Positions 43,021 to 58,235 of a DNA stretch of 64,000 nucleotides are shown piece after piece (the first letter of the stretch is position 1; every line of letters begins with the position of its first letter). The position numbers were made by a program, and so were the translations under genes. The notes beneath the pieces were generated by a model. That model was not told where the DNA came from. It did no database searches and was given only the letters and a program-made list of their open reading frames with translations. The DNA lies in assembly GCA_951406725.2 (NCBI GenBank), contig OX597830.1, forward strand, positions 11,036,001 through 11,100,000, in the 5' to 3' direction. This stretch comes from Octopus vulgaris (Eukaryota).

Positions 43021-43395
43021 AATATATATATATATATAGGCGCAGTGTGGCTGTGTGGTAAGAAGCTTGCTTCCTGACCACGTGGTTCCAGCTTCAGTCC
43101 CACTGCGTGGCACCTTGGGCAAGTGTCTTCTACTATAGCCTCGGGGCTACAAAAATCTTGTGAGTGGATTTGGTAGACGGAAACTGAAAGAAGCCCGTCG
43201 TGTATATACGAAACTACAAAAGTGGGGAGTTGGTCCGTAAATATATAATTATGTTATCTTACACGTGTTTTAGTGAAAATTATTTCCAAATTACGCAATC
43301 CGGGCAGATAAGTTTTTCAACTCTTCATCAGTGATTTGTACTGAATCTCTTATAAAAAGAAGATGTAGAAAAATTGCCTCGCTCAGAATGTGTGC

Positions 43396-43430
<35 letters not shown>

Positions 43431-43629
43431 CGTGCGTGGAATCCGAGCCGTTTTTATAGATGGTATTCTGAGAGTTGGCAAGTTAATATTAATAGATGTA
43501 AAAACCTAAATGATTCCCAGTTCTTTAGAAAAATACAATTCATTAAATGGTAAACATTCTAAGATTAGCCAGAGACAGTTTCTCGGCCTTTTAACCTGTG
43601 TATGTAGTGCATGTATTTGTGTGTGCGTG

Positions 43630-43665
<36 letters not shown>

Positions 43666-43716
43666 AAGTTGTCCGAACCACCGGTATCCATACATAGACA
43701 AACAGACAGACAAAGA

Positions 43717-43845
<129 letters not shown>

Positions 43846-43858
43846 ATGTATGTGTGTA

Positions 43859-43906
<48 letters not shown>

Positions 43907-45033
43907 TATACACTATATATGTATATGTGTGTGGGAGCGAATGAATGACTGTTTGTGTGTGTGTGTGTGAGAGAGAGAGAGAGTGTGTGTGTGTTTTGTT
44001 GTACGAACAAGAGAAATGGAACTTAATACGTAGAATAACATATATTATTTCGTTATTAATCAGTTATAAAGCTACATAAGTGATTCAAGGAACACCTCTC
44101 ACCGCCTCACCACCCAGCCACCCTGGTTCCATGTCCTACCTCCTCCATCGCTATCTTCTACCACCACCACCACCACCACCACAACCACGACCTCCACTTA
44201 ACACTACGTCTCACCGCCACGCCCCGCTGTCATCGTCATGTTCCATCAACCCCCTTCACTTCCTCTCCTCTTTTTCTACCTCTCCTTCTCTCTCTCTCTC
44301 TCTCTCTCTCTCTTCCCCTACACACTCATACATACACACACACATATAAGCATACACATACACACACACCGACACCTATAACTTCAGAAACAATTAAGAG
44401 AGAACCAAGTTGAAACTGAAGATAAATTATCGAACTTCTTTCTTCCTTGGAATGGCAACTGGATTAATTGTTTGGAGTTTAGAGTTTTAAAGGAAGGATT
44501 AAGTAAAGATGACGCTTGAAGAAGCAAATTCTTCATCATCGGATTATTCTTACATAGTAGTCAATAGGGAGGAACGATCGAAACATCAGCTTGGCAGCTG
44601 GCGTGTGCTGTGATTGTTGTAAACTTGATGCAATATTAAGTATTTCGACCGCTCAATAATAGCTTCGGCTTGTCTTCATCCGCAGTTCCAGTGATGGATG
44701 TTAAACTGTCGACGGATCGAACATTACTTCTTCATTTTTTTTTTCTTTCCTTGTTTTTGTTCTTATTGTATCTTTGCTTTTTTTTTTGTTTGCTTTTTAC
44801 TTTGTTTATTTTGTCTTGCATTTTTGTATGATTTGTTGGGGTTTTTTTTTATATTTTCCGTCTGTGTATGTGGGGGCGGAGTATGTGTGTATGTGTGTGT
44901 GTGTGTGTTTTGTATTTTGAAGAATCGATAAACACATTGGTTCTCAGGAATATCGCAAGAATAATTACTACTTAGCAGTTTTTCAAACCTACCTTCACCA
45001 CCTCAGACATCTCCCTCTCTCTCTCCCTCTCTT

Positions 45034-45065
<32 letters not shown>

Positions 45066-45509
45066 ACACACACACAAACACACATATTCACATATTCACA
45101 CAAATACACTCCACCTTCTCTCTGTAACGCCCGTCTCACGCCCACACAACCCACTCCCCATCCGACCATTCCAACACATGGACAAACAGCTGGAAGTATT
45201 TCTACAATATTAAAACCGTATTTTTTCTCTCTTTTACTCTTTCCTTTTCTTTTCCTTTTCTTTTCCAAATACCAATATTCACTGTCAAAGGGTTATTGCA
45301 TAATTACCAAAGAATATCTAATTTTGCGGAAAATGTGGAAAGAACCTTTTAAATCTCTAGCATTTCAAATATTCTGCGACTAATTCTGCTTATATATAAT
45401 TACCAGGACATTTGTAAAGGCGACTTATTGTTTAGTTGGTTTGGAATCGGTAAGATCCGGATTCAGTTTCTGATTTATTCAAATTCTCTGACAGACGATG
45501 CCATTATAG

Positions 45510-45544
<35 letters not shown>

Positions 45545-45611
45545 ATTTAGCATCGCAAGATATCGGTTGCGGATATGAGACTAACTCGCCTGTTTTTGTA
45601 CTGAACAAACT

Positions 45612-45811
45612 TATAACAGGTGCAAGCGTAGCTCTGTGCTTATGAAGCTCGCTTTGCGACCGTGTGGTTTTGCGTTCAGTCCCACTTCGCGGCACCTTCG
45701 GTGAATGACTTCTGCTATAGCTCTGGGTTTAACTAATATTCTCTGAGTGAATTTGGAAGACGAAAATTGAATGGAAGTCTGTCGTATGTATGTATACATA
45801 CATACATACAT

Positions 45812-45872
<61 letters not shown>

Positions 45873-46552
45873 TACATACATACATACATACATACATACA
45901 TACATACATACATACATACATACATACATACATACATACATACATACATACATACATACATACATACATACATACATACATACATACATACATACATACA
46001 TACATACATACATACATACATACATACATACATACATACATACATACATACATACATACATACATACATACATACATACATACATACATACATACATACA
46101 TACATACATACATACATACACATACATACATACATACATACATACATACATACATACATACATACGTACGTACGTACGTACGTACGTACGTACGTACGTA
46201 CGTTTTGTTTTGTTTTGTTCCTTCTCGAGCCATGCCTGGCTCATAAGGGCCGGTTTCCCGGTTTCTTGGCGGATATGTTCCCCACCTGGACGAGACGCCG
46301 ATCCATCGCAGGTGAGCTGCAAGATGCAGGAGGAAAAAGAAGAGAAAGTTGTGGCGAAAGAGTCAGCAGAAGCCGCGTGGAGCTTAGGTGTTTCGCTCAT
46401 AAACACACACATCGTCCGGTCTGAGATTCGAACCCGCGATCCCTCGACCGCGAGTCCGTTGCTCTAACCACTAGGCCATGTGCCTCCACATACACACGCC
46501 TTTTTGTGTTTGTGTATATGTATGTCTATACACACACACATATATATACCTG

Positions 46553-46584
<32 letters not shown>

Positions 46585-46596
46585 CCTGTATGTGTG

Positions 46597-46640
<44 letters not shown>

Positions 46641-46870
46641 TGTGTGTCTGTGTGTGTGTATGTAAATATGCTTGTGTGTGTATACGTGCGTGTATGTTTG
46701 CGTTTGTTCCTCATCATCGCTTCGCAACCGGTGTTTCTTTACGCCCCTTGTAACTTAACAATTCAGCAAAAGAGACCATTACAGATAGTGGAGTCGAGGT
46801 GCTTGACTAAACCTTTCAAAGTGGAGCCCCAAAATGGCCGCAGTCCAATGAGCGAGGTAAATAAAAGATA
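45612..46870 (+). mobile_element. SINE family B split by an expanded internal (CATA)n/(CGTA)n tract and a nested family C SINE (46200-46488, minus)
   Basis: Family B head at 45612-45785 and tail at ~46690-46870. Confidence 0.7.
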
Positions 46871-49120
46871 ACAAAATAAATAGAATGGACGCCATTCCTT
46901 TTTTATTGTTAAGAAGGGAAGGCAATACCCATCACGTTATGGGGGGTGAAGGGGCGACCCATCCTGAGTGATGCCTTTGGGCCTGTTGTACAACCCTGTA
47001 TAGGCATGGGGGATAGTAAACGGAGGATGGCAAACTCAAGAGCATCCCCGGGTGGCACACACCTTCTACACCATTGTTACAGGGCCTTCGAGATTTATGG
47101 GAGCAGGGAGAGAGGAAGATATCCTGGAACCGGAAATTTGGCCCGAATTCTTGCAATAGTGTGGACTCCGTTAAAATCACCCAAACTACAAGGAAATCGT
47201 GTTAAGTCGGGCCACGAAAATTCATACCAGCAGCAACCAGCGAGAACATCAGAGTTTTTGAGTTTTTTCAAGAATTCGTCGACTGCGATACAGGGAAAAG
47301 TGAATAAGGCATTCATTGATGTTGCAAACAGCCATCAAGCTGAATAAAAATTCGGTGTACGCAAGTGAAACAATGTTTGATTAAAATAGCAATCTATGGA
47401 TCATACTTAATGTCGATAGGCTAGCTACTGCACCTACTCAGTAATATCAGAGATAATAATGGGAAAACTAACTCTTCTGTCTCTTGCCATGGCATACTAA
47501 AACACTTTGTTCTCAGATAGCACTGCACACCTCATGGTTAATTATATCATGATACATGCTGGGGGTGGCGATATAATGGGAGGCTGATAAAAATTAAAAC
47601 CGAATGCGCGCATTTCTTTTGCACACATCCTGTTTATTATTCACTTTTACCCTAAAGAGACCTTTAGAAATAAAGAGACTCTAAGAAATATCCCCTGTTT
47701 TTTTTTACAGCTTCGCACACCCGGAAAGTACCTGGCTTCTTAATTTGCTTATTATATTCGGCTCCATTCACACACTCTCTTCTCCATAGTGCTTTTCTTC
47801 CTATATTCAGCGTGCTACTTATATAAGACTTATTCTAACTTATTCGCTTTCTCACTCCCTTTCAATATACACTGCGATTTTGTGGAGACAAGTTGTATAT
47901 ATAATGCATCGACTAAAATTGATATTCTTGATATTAAACTCTCTCCTTGCAGTAATCTCATATAATCTGGTTGTAATTTGTTTTCAAATCTAATAATACA
48001 CACCAGTATACACTAATACACAAAGATTAAATCAAGTTAAACTAGTTTAAAATTTGAGCGTTTATTCTTTCGTAATACTTAATCTAGATTAATAGGAGCA
48101 TCACCTGACATACTGCAGTCTGCAAACCGTGATACACAATAAACTTCACACATAACACAATTTGCGCTGAGCAGCAATTTTCATTGACGGTTCGTAGATT
48201 AAGCATCTTTCAGCTTTGTATATCAAATCAGACTTTCGAGGGCAATGATAATCGCAAAGAAGATGGTACCCCTATCAATATGCCAGAAACTGGAACTTAT
48301 GAATAATTTTAAGGCTGGTGCTTCGATAGCGAAAGTTTGTGAAAAGTATTATATTAAAAAAACACACACAAACACAAACAGAGCAGTTTCGCATTTCTTT
48401 ACTACCCACAAGGGCTAAACATAGAGGGGACAAACAAGGACAGACAAACGGATTAAATCGATTACATTGACCTCAGTGCATAACTGGTACTTAATTTATC
48501 GACCCCGAAAGGATAAAAGGCAAAGTCGACCTCGGCGGAATTTGAACTCACAACGAAGCGGCAGACGAAATACCCCTAAGCATTTCGCCGGCGTGCTAAC
48601 ATTTCTGCCCGCTCGCCGCCTTAGCTCGCACACACAGCAGTTTCTGACATTCAAGACTAGGGACAAATGAACTGCGTTTTTTCTTTCTAAATATAATTGA
48701 TGCAAATATTAAGTCATCATCTGCTGGTGCAAAGACGCATATGAGAACTGTAAAATATACACAACTCGGGAAGATAGTGACGAAATGGTTCCATTAATGA
48801 CCCTTGTGTTAAGAATGCCCCCGGTGTAGAGAATATATATGTATATATACTCTTTACTCTTTTACTCTTTTACTTGTTTCAGTCATGTGACTGTGGCCAT
48901 GCTGGAGCACTGCCTTTAGTCGATCAAATCGACCCCAGGACTTATTCTTTGTAAGCCTAGTACTTATTTCATCGGTCTATTTTTTTTTTTTTTTTTTGCT
49001 GAGCCGCTATGTAGGCTCGAAATGTAAAAAACTTTTTCTATTTCTGCGCGTTATACAAATACATCTGTTTGTTTTGTACACCACCTGTCTTCGTCTTTTG
49101 TTGTTTTCGTAAACTCTCCC

Positions 49121-50297
<1,177 letters not shown>

Positions 50298-50315
50298 AGG
50301 TAGGTAGATAGATAC

Positions 50316-50494
<179 letters not shown>

Positions 50495-50961
50495 TTCAGG
50501 ATTAAATAAAATAAAAACAACAAACGGAAAATATGACATACCTACACTACCCTGGTGTTATAAAAACAATACACCCTTATTGATTTCAAAAACACTTTTT
50601 GAAAATAATCGTAACAAATGCTCAAATTGAGCAGCCGCGGTAATAAAAAATGCATCAGTTATAAAAGTAAAATGAATTGCGTGAATTATTTTTGATGAAA
50701 ACCAGAATGGTGCGCGACTTCTGGGACACCCGGTATGTATGTATGTATGTATGTATGTATGTATGTATGTATGTATGTATGTATGTATGTATGTATGTAT
50801 GTATGTGTGTATGTATGTATGTATGTATGTATGTTTGTGTGTGTGTATGTATGTATGTATGTTTGTATGTATGTATGTATGTGTGTGTATGAATGTATGT
50901 ATGTGTGTGTGTATGTATGCATGTATGTATGTATGTATGTATGTTTGTGTGTGTGTATGTA

Positions 50962-50992
<31 letters not shown>

Positions 50993-51757
50993 GTGTATGT
51001 ATGTGTATGTATGTATGTATGTATGTATGTGTGTGTGTATGTATGTATGTATGTATGTGTGTATGTATGTATGTATGTATGTATGTATGTATGTATGTAT
51101 GTATGTATGTATGTATGTATGTATGTATGTATAAAGTAGTGAGATCCAAAATGTTCGTGTTAAATAAAAGCAGTTTAATAGCCTCTAACATATCTTGTAT
51201 AGATAACTCAAGAGGAAACGATAATTTCATCAATAAAGTTTATTAATCCGTGTATCCAATACTCTTGGTCCCATCTCAAAATTAAGCAGAAATTTCGACT
51301 ACAACTAAAAGTCTCTGGAATGCAGCAACAAAAGCTGCTCATTACGCGATAAATAAATCAGTGAATGAAAGACATGAAAAAGGCACTACACGTGTTTCAA
51401 AAGAAGCACCGAACGCATATTACGTAACTTTAAGGTGGAATATTCAGAGTTCTTTCTCATCAGGTAAATCAGCTACAAACTTAATCTTATAAATCAATAT
51501 ATATATTCGCTTGTATGTGTTTGTATGTTTAGTTTATTTGGTTTGTTTCAGTAGCGTGTTATTCTGGTGTCTTACCGTGTTGCTAGTTACCCAGAGGAAG
51601 GCTTCCTCAGACTCCTCTGTCTAAGGAACCCGCAACACGTCGAGGAAAACTCCAGAGTAACAGGTGACTGGATCAGCCTAAAATAGCTAATTGCAGTCTA
51701 CTAGTGTGTGTGTGTGTGTGTGTTTATTTTTCATGTAGTCTTAATTTCACGTTTCAG

Positions 51758-51929
51758 AGGAAAAATGAAAGTGGCTGAACTTGAAGAAAAAATAATCGCC
51801 GCGAAGATTGGCGGCAAATTACCGTTCTTTGTGAATGCCACTTGTGGAACGACGATACTCGGAGCATTCGACCCTGTTAATGACATTGCAGATGTGTGCG
51901 AGCGTCACAAGGTCTGGCTCCATGTTGAT
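51758..51929 (+). CDS. GAD: Glutamate decarboxylase, internal exon (172 bp, phase 2 to 0)
   Basis: gtttcAG|A GGA AAA ATG ... CAT GTT GAT|GTaagt. Encodes (R)[57 protein letters not shown], with the group II decarboxylase motifs AT.GTT..GAFDP and W.HVD. Confidence 0.97.
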
Positions 51930-52649
51930 GTAAGTAGCTTCATTTTTTTGTTAGATCATTTAAACAGAGAAGGTAGAGCAGCGGCCCCTGCAACCCTTTT
52001 TTAGAGCCCTGGACTGAATGCTTCGGGCAAAGTAGAAAGACTTCTTGTTCCGCCCCTGGCAAAATTTCTCTGTCACTCTGGTCTTAGATACGCTGCCTTA
52101 TGGTAGTCTCGGATTGAACATATTTCAACATGGGGGTGTACAAATAACCTGACTTGCGGTTAAACAACAACAACAAACAACAGAGTCCATGTACGGTAGA
52201 CTGAGTTAGTGAGTTTCTGTTAGGTCTATCTACCTGCTAAAAATAGCAACCAAATTCCATCAAATTATACTATTGTCTTTAAAAGAAAATACTTTAGACA
52301 AAAGAGTTGTAGACAGACAAAAAGAGGAATAGTGGCAGCCAGGAAACCTTTGGTCACTGGATTAAGGTTGGCCTGGGGCTAAACAACAGCATCGACTACC
52401 ACCACCACCACCACAACTACTACTATAACTACAACGACGATGACAATGACTACTACCCCCACAACTACTACTAATACCACAACCACCACTACTACTAATA
52501 CTACAACGATTTATACAAGAGTTTGGGAAGCTTTTAATGTGGTACTAATTTCTTCCAATAGCTATGTTTGACGGGAAAGTGCTCAACCGGGTAGACATGA
52601 AGAGATTACCATCTGTTATGTCCCTACGATCTAACGAGCAAAGTCTCTC

Positions 52650-53050
52650 ACCAGTGTGTTTAGAGAACACATTGATGTGTTTACAGAGCAGAGCACATCA
52701 GCGTGTTTGCAGAACATATTTATGTGTTTATTGAACACACTGTGATTAATAGAACAGATCGATGTGTTTAGAGATCAAACCAATATATCCGCAAAACAGA
52801 TCTCTAAGTTTACGGAAGATATAATGTGTTCACAGAACTCATCAAAATGTTTACAGAAGAAGTCAATATACTCAGAGAATACATCATTATGTTTACAGAA
52901 CACACTAGTGTGTTCAGTAAAACACAAAGCATTTATAAAACACATTAGTGTATTTATAGACCACGTTGGTGTATTTACAGAACACATCACATCAGGGTAT
53001 TTGCAAAGCACAGCAATATGTTTTGGGGACACATCAATCTGTTTGCAATG
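52650..53050. repeat. Degenerate ~22-bp minisatellite (tgtgtttacagaacacatca)
   Basis: Unit with internal dyad tgtgtt...aacaca, repeated across the interval. Confidence 0.75.
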
Positions 53051-53555
53051 AAATTATTGAAGATTTTAGTCCAAATTAAGCAAATGACAATTTGGAAGCA
53101 ATAAATCTTACTGCAAAATGGTGGTTGGACCTATAACCTTGGGCAGCAATTGCCGACCATCTTTGGTCATGATTACCTTAGGAATTTTTCTCAGGCCCCA
53201 TGGAGCCCCTGTGAAACAACTTTGAATTTCTTCAATTGATCTCCCCAGCACAAACCGATAAACAGTCTGTCGCTCTCTTCAAATGTTACAGAAGGGCATT
53301 GAGAGCCATTTAGCTCTCTTTGAGAAGGACTGAGATAGAGGAACCACTAGACAATAGATTTATTGTATTTACGTATTTTATGGCATATGAAACCCACTTT
53401 TTTTCCACAAAAAAATTGCCTCAGAAATTGCCTACATGCAAAGTTGGGCCTATATTACATGCTTTAAATCTTTGAAAACCTTTTTCCTGAACCTACACTT
53501 CTATATACGGACTAAATACGGTATCTCTTTTCTGGCATCTGATTGTGTGAGTATA

Positions 53556-54132
53556 CACAAACATGCAGGAAGTAAATAGACACCTTTAATTTTCAAAATC
53601 TTTTATTTGATATTAATTGGTTGAAGGAGAGGTTTTCCTAGCTGCTTGTCCATAATCAGGCTTATACAGATACAAGAACACACGTTCTTGGACTAACTTC
53701 TAGCTGTTTTGCAATGTCAGAAGCCTTCGAACGAGGTTCGTTTCCCACAATTCTCTTCAAACAGCGAAGCTTCCTTTCCGAGGGCCCAGGTCGGCTGGAA
53801 CGAGAATCTGTTGATTCTTTTCCTTGGCTTTTGAATTGCACTTTAATTCTATTAACAGTAGCAAGAAGAATTTGAAGATTTTCGGCAATTTTTCGCTGGC
53901 TAAGACCAGCCTCAGATTGCCCAACAATACAAGCTCTTTGAAAATCTGACAGTTCTACTGAATTTTTTTTTGTGCGTGGCATGGTTACTCTTCGCAAATG
54001 TTTAATATAATAGCACTTGGAATGAAAAAGAATAATTACATTGTAAATTCTACACCGCTGAAAACATATTAAGACGCTTGGATCAGAAATTTTGAAAATT
54101 AAAGGTGTCTATTTACTTCTTGCATGCCTGTG
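53556..54132 (-). mobile_element. Internally deleted Tc1-like element retaining the N-terminal HTH region
   Basis: ~45-bp TIRs (cacaaacatgcaggaagtaaatagacacctttaattttcaaaat) with TA flanks; minus ORF MPRTKKNSVELSDFQRACIVG..GLSQRKIAENLQI..TVNRI. Confidence 0.92.
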
Positions 54133-54217
54133 TATGTACATGCATGTGTGTTGTGTGTATGTGTGTGGGGGAGCTTGTGTCTATGTAACTTATTTGTAAT
54201 ATTACTTCTTTTTGCAG

Positions 54218-54282
54218 GGAGCATGGGGTGGTTCAGTACTTATGTCCAAGAAACATCGACATTTGTTGAACGGAATTGAAAG
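54218..54282 (+). CDS. GAD: Glutamate decarboxylase, internal exon (65 bp, phase 0 to 2)
   Basis: tttgcAG|GGA GCA TGG GGT GGT ... GAA AG|GTaatg. Encodes GAWGGSVLMSKKHRHLLNGIE(R), continuing HVD-xAWGG. Confidence 0.96.
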
Positions 54283-54416
54283 GTAATGTAGAAGCTACTT
54301 TCCGTTTTAAGGATTTTAAAAAAAACAACAATAAAACAACTATTCTATCCGATATATGCAATAACTATTTTGAGCTGGGTACGAGAAGCTGTAACATAAT
54401 TAATCAAATTACAGCA

Positions 54417-54644
54417 CCATTTGAGCGTGGCCGTTGCCAGTACCGCCCGACTGACCCTCATGCCGGTGGCACGTAAAAGCACCCACTACACTCTCGGAGT
54501 GGTTGGCGTTAGGAAGGGCATCCAGCTGTAGAAACTCTGCCAGATCAGATTGGAGTCTGGTGCAGCCATCTGGTTCGCCAGACCTCAGCCAAATCGTTCA
54601 ACGCATGCTAGCATGGAAAGCGGACGTTAAACGATGATGATGAT
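54417..54644 (+). mobile_element. Retroposon fragment ending in (GAT)n (SINE or RTE-like, family uncertain)
   Basis: GC-richer block with ggttggcgttaggaagggcatccagctgtagaaac and a short tandem-repeat tail; single copy in window. Confidence 0.5.
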
Positions 54645-55247
54645 ATCCTTAGGTCGATGGTTTAAAGGGCCGAAGTAAATTCCTTGATGATTGTTCCAAT
54701 TGTTTATATTCCAAGATTCAATCCTATTGAAGTTACCTATATATTTTATCCTTCTAGAATCGATAAAACAAGTCCTACGATTTGCCTTTCCTCCTATCTA
54801 CTAACTTTTGGCCTCGCATCTGTGTTGAAAGCAATTATACAGAAGTTCCTTAACCCCTAATCTATTGTTATCCCTTTGATGCACTGAATTATAAAGAAGC
54901 TACGTAAGCGTTTCCTCATTATATAAGCTATCAATCCTGGTCACCCACCGACCTCAGCCCCCACCTGGACATGTTCTTAGCTCTGTTTTGACTCAGCGAT
55001 TCTAACGTTCGCGCTAGTGCAGGTCTCTCTCGCTCCAGCCGTCACTCACGTTTTGGCTGTCTCTCTCTAAAAACCAAACTGTTTTCCTACTCTCTCTCTC
55101 TAAAAGCTAAAGTCTCTCGCTGTTGTCGTTCTACAAGCGAAATTCTCTACAAACAAAAATTGGAGCTTTAAGCGTCGGAGCAGACTAAATAAGACAGTTT
55201 TAAAGACATTCCATAAGATTTGCTAAAGGCCCCGACTTCCCTCTCTT

Positions 55248-55470
55248 ATTTCTTTATTGCCCACAAGGGGATAAACATAGAGGGGACAAACAAGGACAGA
55301 CAAAGGGATTAAGTCGATTACATCGACCCCAGTGCGTAACTGGTACTTAATTTATAGACCCCGAAAGGATGAAAAGCAAAGTCGACCTCGGCGGAATTTG
55401 AACTCAGAACGTAAAGACAGACGAAATACCGCTAAGCATTTCGCCCGGCGTGCTAACGTTTCTGCCAGCT
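55248..55470 (-). mobile_element. SINE family A (Tx1-like tail) with a perfect 15-bp TSD
   Basis: cgacttccctctctt at 55233-55247 and 55471-55485. Confidence 0.92.
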
Positions 55471-56804
55471 CGACTTCCCTCTCTTGCCTCACCCTCAACT
55501 TTAACTGAGCCTGAAGAATACAATAACAGCTCTAGATTACTCAGTTGAAAATGGGGGAAACTGCACTTTATGATAAATAGTGTGGACCATATGTAACCCT
55601 TAAACAGCAGCCGGTTTCTTGTTTCTAGCCATCGTTATTTTTTCCCCTCCACAAACCATCTATGTCTATGTAATTGGATCGAACCCCCGACTTCGTGGCT
55701 GCTAAGCAAACATCTTAATAATTCAGCCACGTTGCGTTCACGTAATTAAACACTAACAAATTAATTACTAGCGACGGAATTGGTATTAATACCAAATGGT
55801 AATCTTTATAACCAACTTAAAACGGTTGAGAGGGCGCTATTGCAGAATCGCACCTCTCCTTGAAAAATGTATTTCTTGGGAAAACTTTTTTCGGATTCCT
55901 ACGTTTTAGATGTCGGAGATTACGAATATGCAGAAAAAAATATTTTTCCTAATTTCACCCTCCTCCGCTCAATTTAAAATCTTGATTTAGTTAGTTAATT
56001 TTTTAGCTCAAAAAGCAAGGCCATGTAGGGGGACATGGAGTTATGTACAGGGTAGTGTTCATGTAAAGAGTTCAGGCCACTTGTGGTCAAGGGAGACTTT
56101 GAACTGATTTTGTTTACTTTAAAGAGATTTAGCGAATTGACAAACATATGTAAATCGAAATTAAATATAAACAAAAACATTGAGATGAAAATAATTTGCG
56201 TTTTACTTGTGTTTGCCTTAAATAATTGTGAATAATAATCTAATATAAATTAGATATACTCTATTTTATGAGAAACAAACATTAATGTCTAATAATTAAT
56301 GTTATAATAAGGGGATCAAATTTCACTCCCTCCCCCAATTTTAAATATTGAAATTTTTCATCTATTTATTTATTTGTCTGTCTGTCTATTTATCCATGTC
56401 CGTTTATTCATAAAATATATTTGTCAACTAAATGTGGCGGTCCTATAGAGGACGGTGTTACTGTTGCTTTTAGCCCCAGAAAGGCATTCATGTTTATCTA
56501 TTTCTTTATACACATATCTATATGTTTATTGAATTTAAAATTTTGCATATTCGGAATCTCCGTCATCTAGATTCTGCATCAGCCCCCTTGAGAGACCCTC
56601 TCCTATAGGTGCTTGGTGCATAAATACACACACACAGATCGTAGTACGAAGTACTTGACTGAGTACTCTATCCACCCCGATTAACACGGTACCGCAAACG
56701 TAGAAACGGTTCTATGTCACTTTCATTCATTAAAGTTGTTTCAGGCGACAGATGTCATCTTCATTTTTTATGTTTGTTGTTTGTTTCTTTCTCTTCCTGC
56801 GCAG

Positions 56805-56883
56805 AGCCAACTCCTTGACGTGGAACCCACACAAACTACTCGGAGTACCACTGCAGTGCTCAGCCTTCTTGTTGCGAGAGAAA
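56805..56883 (+). CDS. GAD: Glutamate decarboxylase, internal exon with PLP-binding lysine (79 bp, phase 2 to 0)
   Basis: cctgcgcAG|A GCC AAC ... GAG AAA|GTaagc. Encodes (R)[30 protein letters not shown] is the PLP Schiff-base motif. Confidence 0.97.
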
Positions 56884-56917
56884 GTAAGCCGCTAACTTTT
56901 CTACTTAACTTACAAAA

Positions 56918-57007
<90 letters not shown>

Positions 57008-57179
57008 CACAGCGGCGCTGGTAGTAGTAGTAGTAGGCAAACACCTCTAAGCTTGTTTTTAGTAAGAAATCTACAAGTCCGTCTACGAGTGCTTGTGAAT
57101 CGGTGATCGCGTCTACAAGTGAAGGTGTGACCGATTCTTGTCCGAATGAAAGTGATTCAGAAAATGATTATAATTATAT

Positions 57180-57329
57180 TTGCAGCATGGAAGGTGTTTA
57201 TAAGCCATTTAAAAACACACAAAAACCGTTAGATTCTCTTCAACATTTAAATGTTGAAGTGAATTTAACAGTTTTGTTTAACAGTTTTGTGTGTTTTTAG
57301 ATGGCTAATAAACACCTTCCATGCTGCAA
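57180..57329. repeat. Loopless palindrome, ~70-bp arms
   Basis: ttgcagcatggaaggtgtttat..cttcaacattt|aaatgttgaag..ataaacaccttccatgctgcaa. Confidence 0.9.
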
Positions 57330-57632
57330 CTGTTTCGTTCCAGCATGCGATCTCAGATCAGGTCACTTGTTATGCAAGTACATCTCCGTAATTATAATTT
57401 TTTTTTATTATTATAAATGATCTTGACATTATTTTTTCTTTACATAAAATATTCTTTACATTCTGCTGTTGTTTTATTGACATTTATTTACGAGTATTAT
57501 AAATTTTATCGGTAAAATATTTTTCTGGGAACGAATTACGATTAATAACATTGTTACTATGGGAGATTATTGCTCCGTTTTACAAGTTTTCGCTTTTCGA
57601 GCGATCTCCGGGAACAAATTAACTCGCATATC

Positions 57633-58031
57633 CTTTTCTGCTCAGGCACAAAGCCCGAAATTTTAAGCGAGTGGGGCCAGTCGATAAGATCGACTCCAGT
57701 ACGCAACTGGTATTTAATTTATCGAACCCGAAGGGATGAAAGGTAAAGTCAGCCTCGGTAGAATTTGAACTTAGAACGTAAAGACAAACGAAATATATAT
57801 TTCTTTACTACCCACAAGAGGCTAAACACAGAGAGGACAAAGAAGGACAGACAAACGGATTAAGTCGATTATACCGACATCAGTGCGTAACTGGTACTTA
57901 ATTTATCGACGCCGAAAGGATGAAAGGCAAAGTCGACCTCGGCGGAATTTGAACTCAAAACGTAAAGACGGACGAACTACCGCGAGAGCATTTCGCCCGG
58001 CGTGCTAACAATTCTGCCAGCTCGCCGCTTT
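57633..58031 (-). mobile_element. SINE family A dimer inserted as one unit (18-bp TSD)
   Basis: caaattaactcgcatatc (57615) / caaattaactcgtatatc (58032) flank two monomers. Confidence 0.88.
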
Positions 58032-58235
58032 CAAATTAACTCGTATATCAAGGCATTGCTGTATATGGATATACACATATACGAATAGTACGAAGATGGT
58101 GAGTTACACACATATACGTGGAGGGGAAGGGGCTTCATACATAAACATGGGTTCGACTTCCCTGGGCAGCCTTCGCCTTTTTCTATCCAAAAGATAGAAA
58201 AACGGGGGGTGGTTTTCAACCCAAAATCTATTTTC

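Noticed and set aside
46932-47347. GC-richer block with 82-133-aa ORFs
   Set aside because: No recognisable domain or splice pattern; probably a decayed repeat that I cannot assign.
50716-50734. Single Tc1/mariner-like TIR end (cttctgggacacccgg|ta)
   Set aside because: No matching second TIR found, so no element boundaries can be given.
52650-53050. CRISPR-like short dyad repeats (also 130-1105, 18950-19470)
   Set aside because: Units are degenerate and contiguous with no unique spacers or cas genes, in a eukaryotic intron.
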